Assembly: GCA_000165345.1 (NCBI GenBank)
Contig: CM000432.1
Location: forward strand, 1-64,000
Direction: 5' to 3'
Length of the DNA stretch: 64,000 nucleotides
The stretch's first letter is position 1. Each line of letters opens with the position of its first letter. The translations under genes and the position numbers were made by a program. A model generated the notes under the pieces. That model did no database searches and was not told where the DNA came from. It worked only from the letters and a program-made list of their open reading frames with translations. Positions 13,672 to 25,330 of the stretch are shown piece by piece.

Positions 13672-13730
13672 CGAGAATACTAGAAAGTTTCCTAAATATT
13701 CAATAATAATATTTCCGATTAATAAATATT

Positions 13731-16700
13731 CTATTTATTCTTTCTTTGTGATAGAGATTTTGATTTTTCTTGCCTATTATTTTGTACACTCATATTTTTG
13801 CCATTTCTAGATTGAAATGTAAAGTCTTTCACTTCGGATTCGCCATCAATTATATACTTAGATCCTACCATACTAGTATGATTATATCTCTTCGATGATT
13901 CTATGGAAAGCCCCTCATTATACCATTTCATGAAATTCCTTTCAACTTCTTCAGCCGAAATGATTGAAGTCCCTGCAATCGGAAGAATATCTTCAAACTG
14001 CTTTCGAATCTTAATATATCTTGCATGATCAAATTCGTGATCAAGTCTCCCATCCAAAGGATCCCATCTCGGTGGAAGAATTAACTCATTTAATCTCTTC
14101 ATTTCAAGTAACTCTTTAACATCAGGCCTTACAGGGATATTAAACCCGAATACTTTATCATATATTCCATCATTATTAAATTCTTTAAGTTTCTTATTTC
14201 TTTCTTTTCTAATTTCTTTAGCTACCATTCTTGCATCTATTATTCTTAATCTAAATTCTTCATCATCTGGATATACCATTGGCAATGCATCTGGAAATAG
14301 TAATTTAAAATTTTTACTTTGTACTTTATTCTCTTTTGAATTTGAACATCTAATATCCGAAAGAAATTTAAACAAATCATCTGATGCAGTTTTTAATACT
14401 AAATTAAAAAATAAAATTATAGTTAATTATTTAAATGTATTTTTAAGTCAAACTTACGTGTTGATTCTCCAAATTGTTGAGAAGAAAATATTACCCTAGC
14501 TCCTTTAGCTCTAAATTGGGAATTCTTTACGGCTGATTCAATTCCAAGAATTCTTATTGTATTCATAACACATTTTCTTACTTCTCCCAGTAGCTCAGTT
14601 TCATTTTCAACAGGAATATCAGAACTTGATCTATAACCTTTAATCTTTGGAATTAAGTACCTCAAGGTTTGTCCTTGTGGTTCATAAAAACCAGCTGAAT
14701 AAAGGGTTTTACCGATATCTTTTGCCTCACAATCGAAGATGTTTCCTTGTTCGATTAAATAAAGCATCTGTGCAGCAGCTTCTTCAGGAAAAGGTGATTT
14801 AAGAAGTCCTAGCATGAAATTGGTTTGTTCATTATCACCAAGTTTGTGTTTGTAATAAAGAGACAATCCATCATTAGATTCTTTTGCATCCAAAATCTGC
14901 TCTTTATCGCCATATAATTGTTTATGCTTGTTATATTGATGAATTAAAAAAAATGTATCAACAAATACTTGTTGAATCATAAAAAAAGCTGTTCCAATAT
15001 GAAATGTCATAATTGTAATCTCAATAATAAATTCAAATTTTGGATAATAACTATAAAAGCAAAGTAAACAAGGAATAAATATTAATGTGAAACCGGAAAT
15101 TATTGTATTAATATTTAAACTTGTAGAAAATATCCACCAGGGCTTATCCATTCCATTCTTTTTACTACTATCACTGTCATCAACTGGAGAAATAATACTT
15201 TCAAAGAATACTAGTATGGAGTAAATTGAAAGTACAAAGAGTATTAAATATCTGGCAAACACATAATTCAGATTTAGAACATTAATTATTCCAGAGATAA
15301 TGTAAAATCGAACTGATTCCCAATATAAAACTGAAATTTTATAACCAGAAAAAAGAAAACTGCTACTAATTGTATACAATTGATTTTGTCTGATAATTTT
15401 TTTACGAATTACAATACCAGAAATTATATTTATGAGTGGAAACATTGTACAATAATAAATATATCCAATAAGTGCATCGCTATTAAGTGTTTTACAAGGT
15501 AACAAGTAGCATTGTGATTGGACTGTACCAAAACCTGGAATATTTGTACATGTCATAGAAACTATAATAGACCAAGAAACTGTTGAATAAATAAGTGTCA
15601 AATAGACTTGAGAAGTACAAATAAATCTGTATGTAGACTTTTCCGTTTGATCCTTAAGTATTTTATTAAATTTTTCTAATCTTGCGGATGATTCCATAAC
15701 TTTCATCCTGTTTAACTCGGTTTTTGTATCATTTTCTTTATATATTTTGTTTACATCGATTATATGTTTAATAGTAAACGTAATAAATAAGATTGCAATA
15801 CCAAGAATTGGTACTGAATTAGCAATAAACAAATCTGCATTTGCATCAGTTAAATTTACTTGGCCAACTGATTGCATGATAATTGGAAATAACTTAAAGA
15901 GGCATTTTGACGGAAAAATCCCCAATGGGAGCCATAGATTAGGTGATAGAAGTTTTATTATTTTGAGATAATGGATAAAGAATTCATCCATATTTTGAAA
16001 TTCAGAATCCTTATACTTAACAAATATACCATATGTTGTGCTAATGGAAATGAAAAATAGTAAATTCTTAAATTTAGCAATTACTGCAGAATTTCTTCTA
16101 CTTAGTGCTGTATATTTTATAGATAATTCACTTACTCTTGCAATACCATAAGAAATGAGTAATACTAACATAATCATTCCAATAAAAGCCACCAATAACA
16201 AATATTGATTTGGGCATTCAATACATGATTTATCTAATCCATATTCTAATGGGAAGTAGCCGCTTGTGCATGTATTACATAATGGACCAGTATATCCTTC
16301 TTTACATCCTTTGCATTCTGGTAAGCAAGCTTCTTCATGAGGACATTTTATTACTATACCAACATAATTATCGCTGAACCACCAACCTCCATTTTTAAGT
16401 TTTTCGTTAGTAGTACAATAATTGCTATCAAATTTTCCTGGGCAAACATATTTTTGAGAATTCAAAGGACATGAAATACAACTGTTAGTTGACTCTAATT
16501 TAAAAAATCCTGGAAGGCAAATGCATGAATCTAAACTGTACAAGCCGGTATCTCCATATGTACTGGAATTTATTGGACAGTTTACACAAGAATATAAATT
16601 GGTAGTTAACCCCACAGTATTTTCTGGGCAAGGTGTACATTGATTACCATCAAAGTAGTTGCCCTTTTTGCACGGAGTATCTGATGAATTTATGGCATCA

Positions 16701-16789
16701 ATCAGTCCTGAAAGGAAAATTAAGAATAAAGCCTGACTAATTAATGAAAATCTGGCTTTGAATCCATTATTTTTTTTAATCATTTTCAC
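13731..16789 (-). CDS. Cys-rich multi-pass membrane protein of about 1000 aa: signal peptide, TNFR/ephrin-receptor-like cysteine-rich ectodomain, about 9-10 TM helices and a cytosolic tail. Two exons: join(13731..14398,14458..16789).
   Basis: Minus-strand GTAAGT donor at 14457-14452 and acceptor AG at 14400-14399, giving a 59-nt intron. This fuses ORFs 14423..16789 and 13731..14375 in phase. The first ORF has a hydrophobic N-terminus, Cys-x-x-Cys repeats, then multiple hydrophobic helices. Confidence 0.6.
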
Positions 16790-17008
16790 ATTTTATTACC
16801 TATCCACATTGATTTTTTATGAAAGAATATTTCAAAGAACTTTATTTTGAATAGATTTTTTTAAATTGTTAATTTTACTTTATGATCTTATAAAATTTAA
16901 TTTGGAGTTTACAAAAGAGTCAGATGAATAAATATTTTACCAATATTGTTAGTAGTTTGAATATTTGACTTCTTAAAATAAGTCATCTTACATGCAGACC
17001 GCCACCAG

Positions 17009-17022
17009 TTGGCGCCATGCAT
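17009..17022. promoter_or_regulatory. palindromic E2F-like motif TTGGCGCCATGCAT in the same divergent promoter
   Basis: GGCGCC palindrome flanked by T/A. The same core recurs at other promoters in this window. Confidence 0.4.
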
Positions 17023-17152
17023 TAACTTATTAAGATTTAATTGTGAATTGAAAAATACATATGAAGAAAGGAGTTTTATTGAGTTGTTGGCGTTTAATAC
17101 TTCAAAGTTATTAAAAAAATTAATAGATTTTTTAAATGCAATTTATGTAATT

Positions 17153-17190
17153 GTGCATTTATTGCATGCATTGCATGCCTGCATGATTCA
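17153..17190. promoter_or_regulatory. cluster of TGCATGCA-type motifs (GTGCATTTATTGCATGCATTGCATGCCTGCATG) in the divergent promoter between genes 13731..16789(-) and 17604..18169(+)
   Basis: Three overlapping GCATGC cores read directly. TGCATGCA is a recognised over-represented upstream element (AP2-type binding site) in Cryptosporidium and other apicomplexans. Confidence 0.5.
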
Positions 17191-17603
17191 TGAACAATTA
17201 TTTAAAAAAAAAAAAAAAAAAACTAATAAAACTGAATGCTTGAAAAATGGATCTAAACATTAAAGTAATACAAAGTATTTGATTACAAGTATGATTTATC
17301 CTATTAAACATTAGGTATGGACTAGAAATTCTATATTGATCAATTTTATTTCATTATCTTTAATTTTCAGCCATTAGGAGTTAATGCTATTAGTATTATT
17401 AACCTGTCACTTTGTTTTGAATTCATAATTAAATTGATATATAATTTATACTTAAAAAACATATTGAATTGTTTTTTTTTTTTGATTTTTTTTTTAATTT
17501 TTTTTTTTACGAAATGACGATTATGGGAGGGTAGATTAAACAACGAAAAAAATCCTACTGAATATTAACAATAGAATTATACATGAATTAACTTTTTTTA
17601 ACA

Positions 17604-18169
17604 ATGAAATTAAATTTATCATTGTTTTTTTTCTGGTTAATTGGAACTTTTACACTAATATTTTTTCAAACTTCAGAATGTATACAGATTAACAGTATTA
17701 ATTTATCTTCTAATAGAACTATTTCCCACAACCAAAAATTAGAAGAAATTAAAGAACACTTAATAACAAATGCTACAAATAATTCCACAGAAATAAATGA
17801 AGAGGTAAGATTTAAATTCATTAATTTTATTTTTCCAAAATTTCATTTTTTAGGTGCTGGATAATACTATAGAAGAGCTTACTGACCTTTCTAATGAAAT
17901 TGAAATGAAGCTTAAAGAATTAAAGAAAAAAGAATTAATGTAAGTTTGAATCAATAGTCGGTATATTTAGTTAATTTTCTAATTTAATTTCTAATAGAAT
18001 GGATGTTGATAAGAAAAATATTGGCGTATTTGCAAGCATCACAATGATTGCTCTTGTTTTATTATTTTACCTTGGTGTGGCACATATGGAAGACGCATTG
18101 AAAGATGCAAGTATTCTTAATGGTGATATCGTTTCACCTCAAAATGTAATATTTGACCCAAGGTGGTAA
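17604..18169 (+). CDS. hypothetical small membrane protein of about 155 aa with an N-terminal signal/TM segment, a coiled-coil middle and a C-terminal TM. Three exons: join(17604..17804,17854..17939,17998..18169).
   Basis: Donors GTAAGA at 17805 and GTAAGT at 17940. Acceptors ttttttag at 17852-17853 and ctaatag at 17996-17997. The introns are 49 and 58 nt and the phases are consistent (0, 2). The stop lies 21 nt before the stop of the convergent eIF2D gene. Confidence 0.5.
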
Positions 18170-18189
18170 TTAAAGAAAATTTAAAGAAT

Positions 18190-20346
18190 TCAGCGTTGTT
18201 GTATATAAGACTTTGGAATTCCCCATCTTGAATTCAAGAAATCATATAATTGTGAAACTACATTGCCTTGAATAATTATCCCCAAATTGTTATTTGATGG
18301 GTACTTTTTTATTTGAGAAACTGACGCAGAACAAGCAAACTTTTTCTGGCATGACTCTGCAACTTCTTGAAGGTCTAAATTGAAATGGCTTATAAATGGG
18401 CTAATAATAGTAACATGCTTTCTAGTTCCCATTCTAGACTCGGTATAAATTTCAATGATTTTACAAGGTCCTTTATGTATATTTGGTTTCTTCTCAGAAT
18501 CAGGATCTGCTTCATTCCTAATATAATGAAATACTTTCAAGAAGTTTGGAATCTCTTTGTAAGCCAAAGAAATTGGTATAACTTTATCCTTAGCATAGTT
18601 AGATTTTCCATCTAAATGCTTGTGGAATAAGTTGACGAGGACTTCATCCAATTTTATATTAGAAGGCTTTCCTGAAAAATTAGAGTTTGGATCGTTTGTT
18701 TTGAGATCATTAGAATTTATATAATATTCCAATGCTGTTCTTGCATCTGCAATTGTAATAAATAACTGTTCTTTTTCGCCTCTGGATGTTCTTATTGGTA
18801 AGATTCTACCAAGATGGTGTATTTCTTTAGAATTATAATAATCAAAAATTGGAAGGAAGCTTTGTTCTGGTTGGTATAGTGAGACAACTTCGAATTGCAT
18901 ATTTCTTGCCTTAATTGGCGCACCTTCAACTCCTGAAAGCTTTTTAGGTTTTTTTTTAATTGGAGGTAGTTTTGATGAGATTTCACTGTTCAAATTATTT
19001 TCAACCATTTTAATAGCCTCTTCATCGTTAATATCTACAATATTCAGCACTCCTCCTCTTCCATGCTTAATTAAGAGAATGTTCTTCTTAGAATAATATT
19101 GGAAAAACTTCTGAACTTTTACAAATGATGATTTTTTTATGTCAATTTGAATTCCGTAATTTTGTAAACAGAGCTTTGAAATCTTATTCCAAATAGCTGA
19201 TGAATCTGTAGGCAGTAAAGCTTTATTAGAAGAATATTCAGAAATTACTTTTAATAGTAATGTCTCTAATAAAAAATCATATGCTTCTTGAGAAAGATCT
19301 TCATGCTGTTTTTCGCAGTAGTTTTCATCAAGGGTATGCACAGATTGAATTTGTGGTGATATTTCATTTTCAGAAACTTGAGACTCATTAGTGTGTTTCA
19401 TTAATAAATTTTGATTTTCATTAAAAATTACATCTTTTTTCTCTAAAGTAATATTTTGAAACTCTTCGATGACTTCTGAAGTTGTCTCATTTTCATTATT
19501 GTTAAAATTGGTTTCTTTGTCAGAATTTAAGTAATTTCTTTCGTTGAAATCCATGCTTCCTTCTAATGAAAGAGTGTCATTACAATGGTGAATAACCTTC
19601 AACACCTTACCTTTACGAGCGCTTAGATCTGAAATATCATTCCAATCAACTAAAGAAGTCCCAATTGCAATTGGAAGATTATCACCAACGCATTTAATTG
19701 TCCAAATCTGATCCTTTCTTATGTTTTTTAAATCGCTAGTCAGTTCAAAAATTATTCCACCTGCCATTAGATCAGCTCCATTAAATATGAACTGTTTTGC
19801 ATTTCTTAAAATTATTATGCTTGGGATAGAGAATAAAGAACTATGAATCCATAGAAGGTGCATTGTAGGGAATAATCTGTCCATATTTAACTCAAATAGC
19901 CATGGCAAAGTGGCTGGGAGACTTTTCAGATTTGATAGATTTGGACAGTAGTTAAACTCTGAAATAATAGTTATTTCATTTTCAGATTTATTTTCTGAAT
20001 TTGACTCCATATATTCCTGCATTTCTGAGTTAATTGTTTTTATTTCGAATTTATTTTCTAAAGATTTACTTTCAATCTTCTCCAAGTTTGATATGTTTGA
20101 GCTGCTAAACAAAAAATTAGATTCATTTTCAAACTCTAGCCTGTAAATAACGCCTCTTTCCGTTTTATTTCCCTCAAATTTCGTAGCAGTAATCTTCAAA
20201 TCATTTTTTTTTCTTTTACCCAAAATTAAATCACCAATTTGAGATTCTAGAGTAAATTGCTTTATTAAACGATCTCTCAGCTGTAGAACTGCACGGCGAC
20301 CAATCAGGGTCTCCCCACTTGTTTGGATAACTTTTTTTTTGAACAT
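18190..20346 (-). CDS. EIF2D: translation initiation factor eIF2D/ligatin-like (PUA domain plus C-terminal SUI1 domain)
   Basis: The N-terminal segment FNGADLMAGGIIF...IWTIKCVGDNLPIAIGTSLVDWNDI...RKGKVLKVIHHCND matches the MCT-1/eIF2D PUA region. The C-terminal HVTIISPFISHFNLD...FACSASV...IIQGNVVSQLYDFL is a SUI1/eIF1 fold motif. Confidence 0.7.
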   Translation of the reverse strand: MFKKKVIQTSGETLIGRRAVLQLRDRLIKQFTLESQIGDLILGKRKKNDLKITATKFEGNKTERGVIYRLEFENESNFLFSSSNISNLEKIESKSLENKFEIKTINSEMQEYMESNSENKSENEITIISEFNYCPNLSNLKSLPATLPWLFELNMDRLFPTMHLLWIHSSLFSIPSIIILRNAKQFIFNGADLMAGGIIFELTSDLKNIRKDQIWTIKCVGDNLPIAIGTSLVDWNDISDLSARKGKVLKVIHHCNDTLSLEGSMDFNERNYLNSDKETNFNNNENETTSEVIEEFQNITLEKKDVIFNENQNLLMKHTNESQVSENEISPQIQSVHTLDENYCEKQHEDLSQEAYDFLLETLLLKVISEYSSNKALLPTDSSAIWNKISKLCLQNYGIQIDIKKSSFVKVQKFFQYYSKKNILLIKHGRGGVLNIVDINDEEAIKMVENNLNSEISSKLPPIKKKPKKLSGVEGAPIKARNMQFEVVSLYQPEQSFLPIFDYYNSKEIHHLGRILPIRTSRGEKEQLFITIADARTALEYYINSNDLKTNDPNSNFSGKPSNIKLDEVLVNLFHKHLDGKSNYAKDKVIPISLAYKEIPNFLKVFHYIRNEADPDSEKKPNIHKGPCKIIEIYTESRMGTRKHVTIISPFISHFNLDLQEVAESCQKKFACSASVSQIKKYPSNNNLGIIIQGNVVSQLYDFLNSRWGIPKSYIQQR

Positions 20347-20398
20347 AAGACTTTAGTCTTATTTAAAAAAAGGCATCAAGTCAGATAGTACAATAATG

Positions 20399-20408
20399 TT
20401 GGCGCCAA
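20399..20408. promoter_or_regulatory. TTGGCGCCAA palindrome in the divergent promoter between eIF2D(-) and SAC1(+)
   Basis: Read directly. It sits 53 nt upstream of the eIF2D ATG. Confidence 0.4.
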
Positions 20409-20581
20409 TTTGACTTTTAGCGGTATCTTCATTATTGGATTTAACTAAATAACATGAGAATAAGCATGCCTATTATGAGAATAAAAAAAGAAGGGAAATA
20501 AATATAAACATTAACAATAGTTGGCAATATCTGCATAAGAAATTTATATTAGTAAGAAGTTAGTTTAAAGCGAATATTAGT

Positions 20582-23113
20582 TTGATAGAAAGACAAATTA
20601 TAATGATTGGCATATTTGAACCTGAGTTAAAAGTTGTAGAGCTAATTTCCCCAGTGGGAAAATGGCTAAAAGTTACTAAAACAGTGAGTAAACTTAATGA
20701 AATGAACCCAATAAAACAGAGAAGCACCTCTTTGTTGCGTTCTTACTCTAACAGGAGTACTGAAACAGAAAATTATGTAGTAAGTAATGCAGATAATATT
20801 GGGAATATCTTTCAAACAACGGAAGAGGATCTCTATATAGGATATTTAGGATCTGTAAGCACTAAAGAACCAGCTAACATCCAAGGAATTACTGAAGGAA
20901 GTTTTTTCAATGCCTATGCATTACTAGGAATATGGCGTTATGATAAAGGAATTACTAAATGTCTATTTGTTACAGAAGCGGAATTCATCACAGAAATTGG
21001 CCAAAATGAGAGAATATACAAGGTTAATGATGTTTTATTTGTATCATTGATAGCCAGTGAAAAAGAATTTTTATGCAAAAATATTGGGAAAGAAAATGAC
21101 GAAGCTAATTCTGAGGAACAGTTCGAGTATGAATTCGAGAAAAAGATTGAATCTGTAAGAATTGCTGAAAATATGATTCTTTCAATTTTTAGAAGAGGAG
21201 GATTTTATTTTTCAACAAATCCCAACGTTGATATTACAAGAAATATTAGGCAATCAATAAAATATGCAAGTAAATCCGGAGATCTTCCTGAAGAAAGATT
21301 TTGCTGGAATTACAACTTTCTTATGCCTTTGTATGAAGGAGGATCAAGCACTTCAAAATGGGCAACTCCTTTATTATCAGGGTATATTGGCTTCACTAGG
21401 TTGAATTTTGAACATACAAATAATGACGAAATGCAAGAAAACACTAAAGTTGATTTCTTATTAATTTCGAGAAGAGATTGTAGACGGCAAGGCGTTAGGT
21501 ATTTATGCAGAGGCGCAAATTCAGATGGTAATGTTTCTAACTCTGTAGAAACAGAGCAGATTATTTTGGTTAGGAGGCCTGAATCTATTTACATTTACAG
21601 TTATTTGCAATATAGAGGCTCAATACCAATAGTTTGGAGGCAACCCCCAAACTTGAAAAAGACTCCACCTGTTGAAATTTACAAAGGAGAAAGATGCCAA
21701 CAAGTTGTATTGAATCGTCACTTTAATGAACTTTCAAGGAAATATTGTAATCAGTCTGGAGATGGAGACTCCAACATTGAATCCGAAATTAGAGAAAATA
21801 GTAATGGAAAGATACTTGTAGTTAATTTGATTGATTACCGACAACATGAATTAAAATTGGGTTTGGAATTTGAAAAATATCTTGAAAAAGTCGATATTAA
21901 TGACATTTACTGTGATTCTGATTCGCTATTGAAAAAAGATAACAGTTCTGGAAGACCAATATTTAAAGATGAAGAATGTAATAAAAACTCAAATATTAAA
22001 TTTTGTTGGTTCGATTTCCATAGTGAATGCTCAAAAATGAGGTGGTCAAATTTAAAGTTCTTAATTAAGAGACTTGTTGATATTGGAATGGACGACTTAG
22101 GTATTACATCTTTAGAAATTCAATTAAGAGATAAAGTTGGAGATTTATCTCCAATAATTGGTATTGTCCAAGGACATTATTCTAGTTCAGACAATGAGTT
22201 TAAAGTTGTAATAAGTAGTATTCAAGATGGGATTTGCAGAACAAATTGTATTGATTGTCTAGATAGAACGAATGTCGTACAGTCAGTAATTGGAAGAAGG
22301 GTTATCCATAATATTTTTAAACAACTTCAAGAATTGAAGTTAATTACCTTTAGCAATACTAGTCAGTCTGAGCACGGGCCTGCATTCGAACCTTTACCAG
22401 GAAAAAACTCTTTAAATGAGAAAATATTCAGACAAATATGGAGTAATAATGCAGATGCTCTTAGCAAGCTATATAGTGGAACTCCAGCACAAAAAACAGA
22501 TTTTACAAGATATGGAAAGCGAACAAAAAAAGGTGTGATACAAGATTCAATTTATTCAATTATTCGATTCCTTTTAAATAGTCTAATAGATGGTTATACC
22601 CAAGATGCGTACTATGTTTTTACTAATCAATGCAGTTCGCCAAATAGTGACTTAGGAATTAAGAAGAATATTCACAACCGACTTCTAAATAATAAGAACA
22701 AGTATTTAAGTCCTCCTGTAGTAACAGCAATTGGGCAATATTTGATAATTATTACATTTCTACTGCTCTTGCCAATAGTTCAGCTTTTATTCACATATTC
22801 TCAAACATTGACTGGTAATTTGGCATGCATGCTTTTGGACATTATTTATATTCCTTCAAAATTGTTCTTCCATTATTATGATACTACGAACACCCAATAT
22901 TCGTATTTAAATATCATCCCTACTTTTGCAGATTATCTTTCGAATCAAAATCAATGTTCAATTTATAACATTTCTGGTAGAGTGATTTCAATTTTTCTAG
23001 TTATCTTCGGATTTATCCAGTTCCTTAAGTTTAAAGGTCCGAAAGCAGCAACTAAACCTCTCTTAGATGAAACAAATTCTCAAATCTGGAAAAAACAAGA
23101 AAGCAAAAAGTAA
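20582..23113 (+). CDS. SAC1: SAC1-domain phosphoinositide phosphatase with C-terminal transmembrane helices
   Basis: Catalytic CX5R(T/S) motif RTNCIDCLDRTNVVQS is present. LISRRDCRRQGVRYLCRG and SIPIVWRQ are conserved Sac-domain blocks. Hydrophobic helices lie near the C-terminus. The start may be at an internal Met (20603). Confidence 0.8.
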   Translation: MIERQIIMIGIFEPELKVVELISPVGKWLKVTKTVSKLNEMNPIKQRSTSLLRSYSNRSTETENYVVSNADNIGNIFQTTEEDLYIGYLGSVSTKEPANIQGITEGSFFNAYALLGIWRYDKGITKCLFVTEAEFITEIGQNERIYKVNDVLFVSLIASEKEFLCKNIGKENDEANSEEQFEYEFEKKIESVRIAENMILSIFRRGGFYFSTNPNVDITRNIRQSIKYASKSGDLPEERFCWNYNFLMPLYEGGSSTSKWATPLLSGYIGFTRLNFEHTNNDEMQENTKVDFLLISRRDCRRQGVRYLCRGANSDGNVSNSVETEQIILVRRPESIYIYSYLQYRGSIPIVWRQPPNLKKTPPVEIYKGERCQQVVLNRHFNELSRKYCNQSGDGDSNIESEIRENSNGKILVVNLIDYRQHELKLGLEFEKYLEKVDINDIYCDSDSLLKKDNSSGRPIFKDEECNKNSNIKFCWFDFHSECSKMRWSNLKFLIKRLVDIGMDDLGITSLEIQLRDKVGDLSPIIGIVQGHYSSSDNEFKVVISSIQDGICRTNCIDCLDRTNVVQSVIGRRVIHNIFKQLQELKLITFSNTSQSEHGPAFEPLPGKNSLNEKIFRQIWSNNADALSKLYSGTPAQKTDFTRYGKRTKKGVIQDSIYSIIRFLLNSLIDGYTQDAYYVFTNQCSSPNSDLGIKKNIHNRLLNNKNKYLSPPVVTAIGQYLIIITFLLLLPIVQLLFTYSQTLTGNLACMLLDIIYIPSKLFFHYYDTTNTQYSYLNIIPTFADYLSNQNQCSIYNISGRVISIFLVIFGFIQFLKFKGPKAATKPLLDETNSQIWKKQESKK

Positions 23114-23179
23114 TATCTATTATGGAAAGTATAGTTTTTAAAGCTATATAAACCTGTTTATTTGTTATATAATCGCATA

Positions 23180-24105
23180 TTAAGAATAATTGAGTTTTTG
23201 TATTTCCTTCTTTTTATTTTCCCTTATTTGGAATCTATAGAAGTCATTATATGTTTTCTTCTTTTCCTTTTTGTTGATTTGTTTCTTTGTATTAAATCCT
23301 TGCGTGGTTTTGTTGGATTCAAAACTGTGAATAACTGTGCCATCTGGTGCCTTTTGTTTTTTGTTAACAACTTTAATGAACCCATCTTCGTCTGGGATAG
23401 TCGATTCTAACTTTAAGTTCTCTTCCTCTATTTCTCTTTCAATATCATAATTAGTCATATATGAGTCAACCTCTCTTTGAAGCAGAGTCGAGTTTACTCT
23501 TTTATTTGTAATCCTCATAAGAATATTTTTGAACCTTAAATCACTTCTACCTAACAAAAAGTTACTCGAATCATTAATATAAAGCTTTCTAATAGAATCT
23601 TTATTATTAATTATTGAGTCATCCTTTATTTTTTGTATTGAATCTATCTCGTTAAAAACAATATATACCCAAGAATTTTCAGAACCAGTTTCTGAAGTCT
23701 TAATTCCCATCTTATTTCCATTAGAGTCATATTGATTCACCGTTATCTGTATTTTATAAAATATTCGAAATAGTTAATTTAGTGAATTAGGAACTTACCT
23801 CTTTAATAGAACCAAACCTTTCAAAAAGATCAATAATTGAGTCTTTAGTAAGAAAAATAGGCACGTTATAGAGTAATAGACTCTTTTCCTCGTTATTTAT
23901 ATTGAAAATGTCTGAGTTGCCATTTGTATTAGCTTGATTATTAATTCTACCTATTATCTATCATACGAAAAAATGATTAAAATATAAATATTTAAAATGA
24001 AATACATAAACTTACCTCCAAATAAACAGGACTATTTCCATTAAATGGAATGTTGAACTGAACAAGTTCTCCTCGTTTCTGTAACTTTGACTCCAACTTA
24101 TTCAT
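23180..24105 (-). CDS. RRP7: ribosomal RNA-processing protein 7 (RRP7/UTP) homolog, 3 exons: join(23180..23746,23799..23957,24016..24105)
   Basis: C-terminal DEDGFIKVVNKKQK...YNDFYRFQIRENKKKEIQKL matches the RRP7 C-terminal domain (DGF.V..YRFQ.RE.KK). The N-terminal exons encode an RRM-like LLLYNVPIFLTKDSIIDLFERFGSIKE. Minus-strand donors GTAAGT at 24015 and 23798. Acceptors at 23959-23958 and 23748-23747. Introns 58 and 52 nt, all phase 0. The ORF track shows only the last exon. Confidence 0.6.
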
Positions 24106-24155
24106 AGTTTTTAATACAAAAAAAAAGATTAAATGTCAAAGGCATTCATAAATTT

Positions 24156-24173
24156 CGGCGCTTTTGGCGCTGC
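24156..24173. promoter_or_regulatory. tandem GGCGC motifs (TCGGCGCTTTTGGCGCTG) in the divergent promoter between RRP7(-) and the mitochondrial carrier(+)
   Basis: Read directly. Confidence 0.4.
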
Positions 24174-24377
24174 TTGATATAAAAACTATTCAGAAAATTA
24201 AGCATGTAGAGCTTTTAAACAAAACCAATTTTGAAATTGAATTAAGAACGAGATAATTATATTCATTATTATTTTAAGAGTTATAGAGCTTGAATGCACA
24301 TTCTTATCCAGCTCTTGACTAATTTCCTTTCAGATTATTATATTTTTTAATGGCTACAAAATATTGATTTACCACTC

Positions 24378-25330
24378 ATGAGCGAATCAACAAATGATCT
24401 AGCATTAAATGATATATTAATTGGAAGCAGCCTAGCAGGATTTGTTGGTAGACTAATACTCCACCCATTTGACACTTTGAAGACCCGAAAGCAAATTCTA
24501 GATAATTTAGAAATTTTTAATTGCAAGAGAGTATTTTTAGGAAAGAATTTATACTCTGGAATTCAAATTAGTCTACTTGGTGGAATTCCAGGAACAATGT
24601 TATATTTTTCGTGCTATGAATATTTAAAGAGGTTAAAGTTCAAATTTATTGAAAATAGGGATTTAACTAACTTTATTTCAGGATTCCTGGCTGAATGTGT
24701 TTCTTGTATAATTTGGGTTCCAGTTGATATTTGCAGAGAAAGAAGTCAATTAGATTATTATTTGAAATCAGTTAATGGAAAGAAGCCATTTTCTTATTCT
24801 GACTCTTTTGGAAAATTCAATCTAAGGGGAATTAGACACTTTTATAAAGGATATATACCAACTGTTGTATCTTTTGGTCTGTTTTCTTCTATTTATTTTG
24901 TGATACTTGAAAGACTCAAAACTAGACAGTTTAAACAGGATCTGAGTGAAAATAAACAACTACTTCTAAGCTCAATAGTTGCAGGTACGCTTAGTAATAG
25001 CAGATATCACAAATTTAAGCACTTAATCACAATAATAATAATATTTTGCTTGTTTTAGGCGCATTAGCATCGGGAATTACTTCACCAATAGATTTAATTA
25101 AAGTGAGACTACAGATAAACCACTCACACGGATATAAGATATACAATTACAATAATTTTTTAAGTGCATCACATGAAATTATGAATAAAGATGGGATATT
25201 GGGGGCATTTAGAGGATCTTTTTATAGAATGCTATTCCATTCTCAAATGACTGCTATTAGTATTTTGATTATTGAAAATTGGAAGAAACTTTGCCAATTT
25301 AAAATCACTGGTGGCGCCAAATGTGTTTAA
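24378..25330 (+). CDS. mitochondrial carrier family (SLC25) protein, 2 exons: join(24378..24984,25059..25330)
   Basis: Carrier signatures HPFDTLKTRKQ and SPIDLIKVRLQ (P-x-D/E-x-x-K/R-x-R/K) are present. Donor GTACGC at 24985 and acceptor ttgttttag at 25057-25058 give a 74-nt intron in phase 1 that joins ORFs 24378..25058 and 25046..25330. Confidence 0.75.

Noticed and set aside
14399-14457. Treating 13731..14375 and 14423..16789 as two separate genes
   Set aside because: A consensus minus-strand GTAAGT...TTTAG intron of 59 nt joins them in frame. The downstream ORF also lacks an ATG start of its own.
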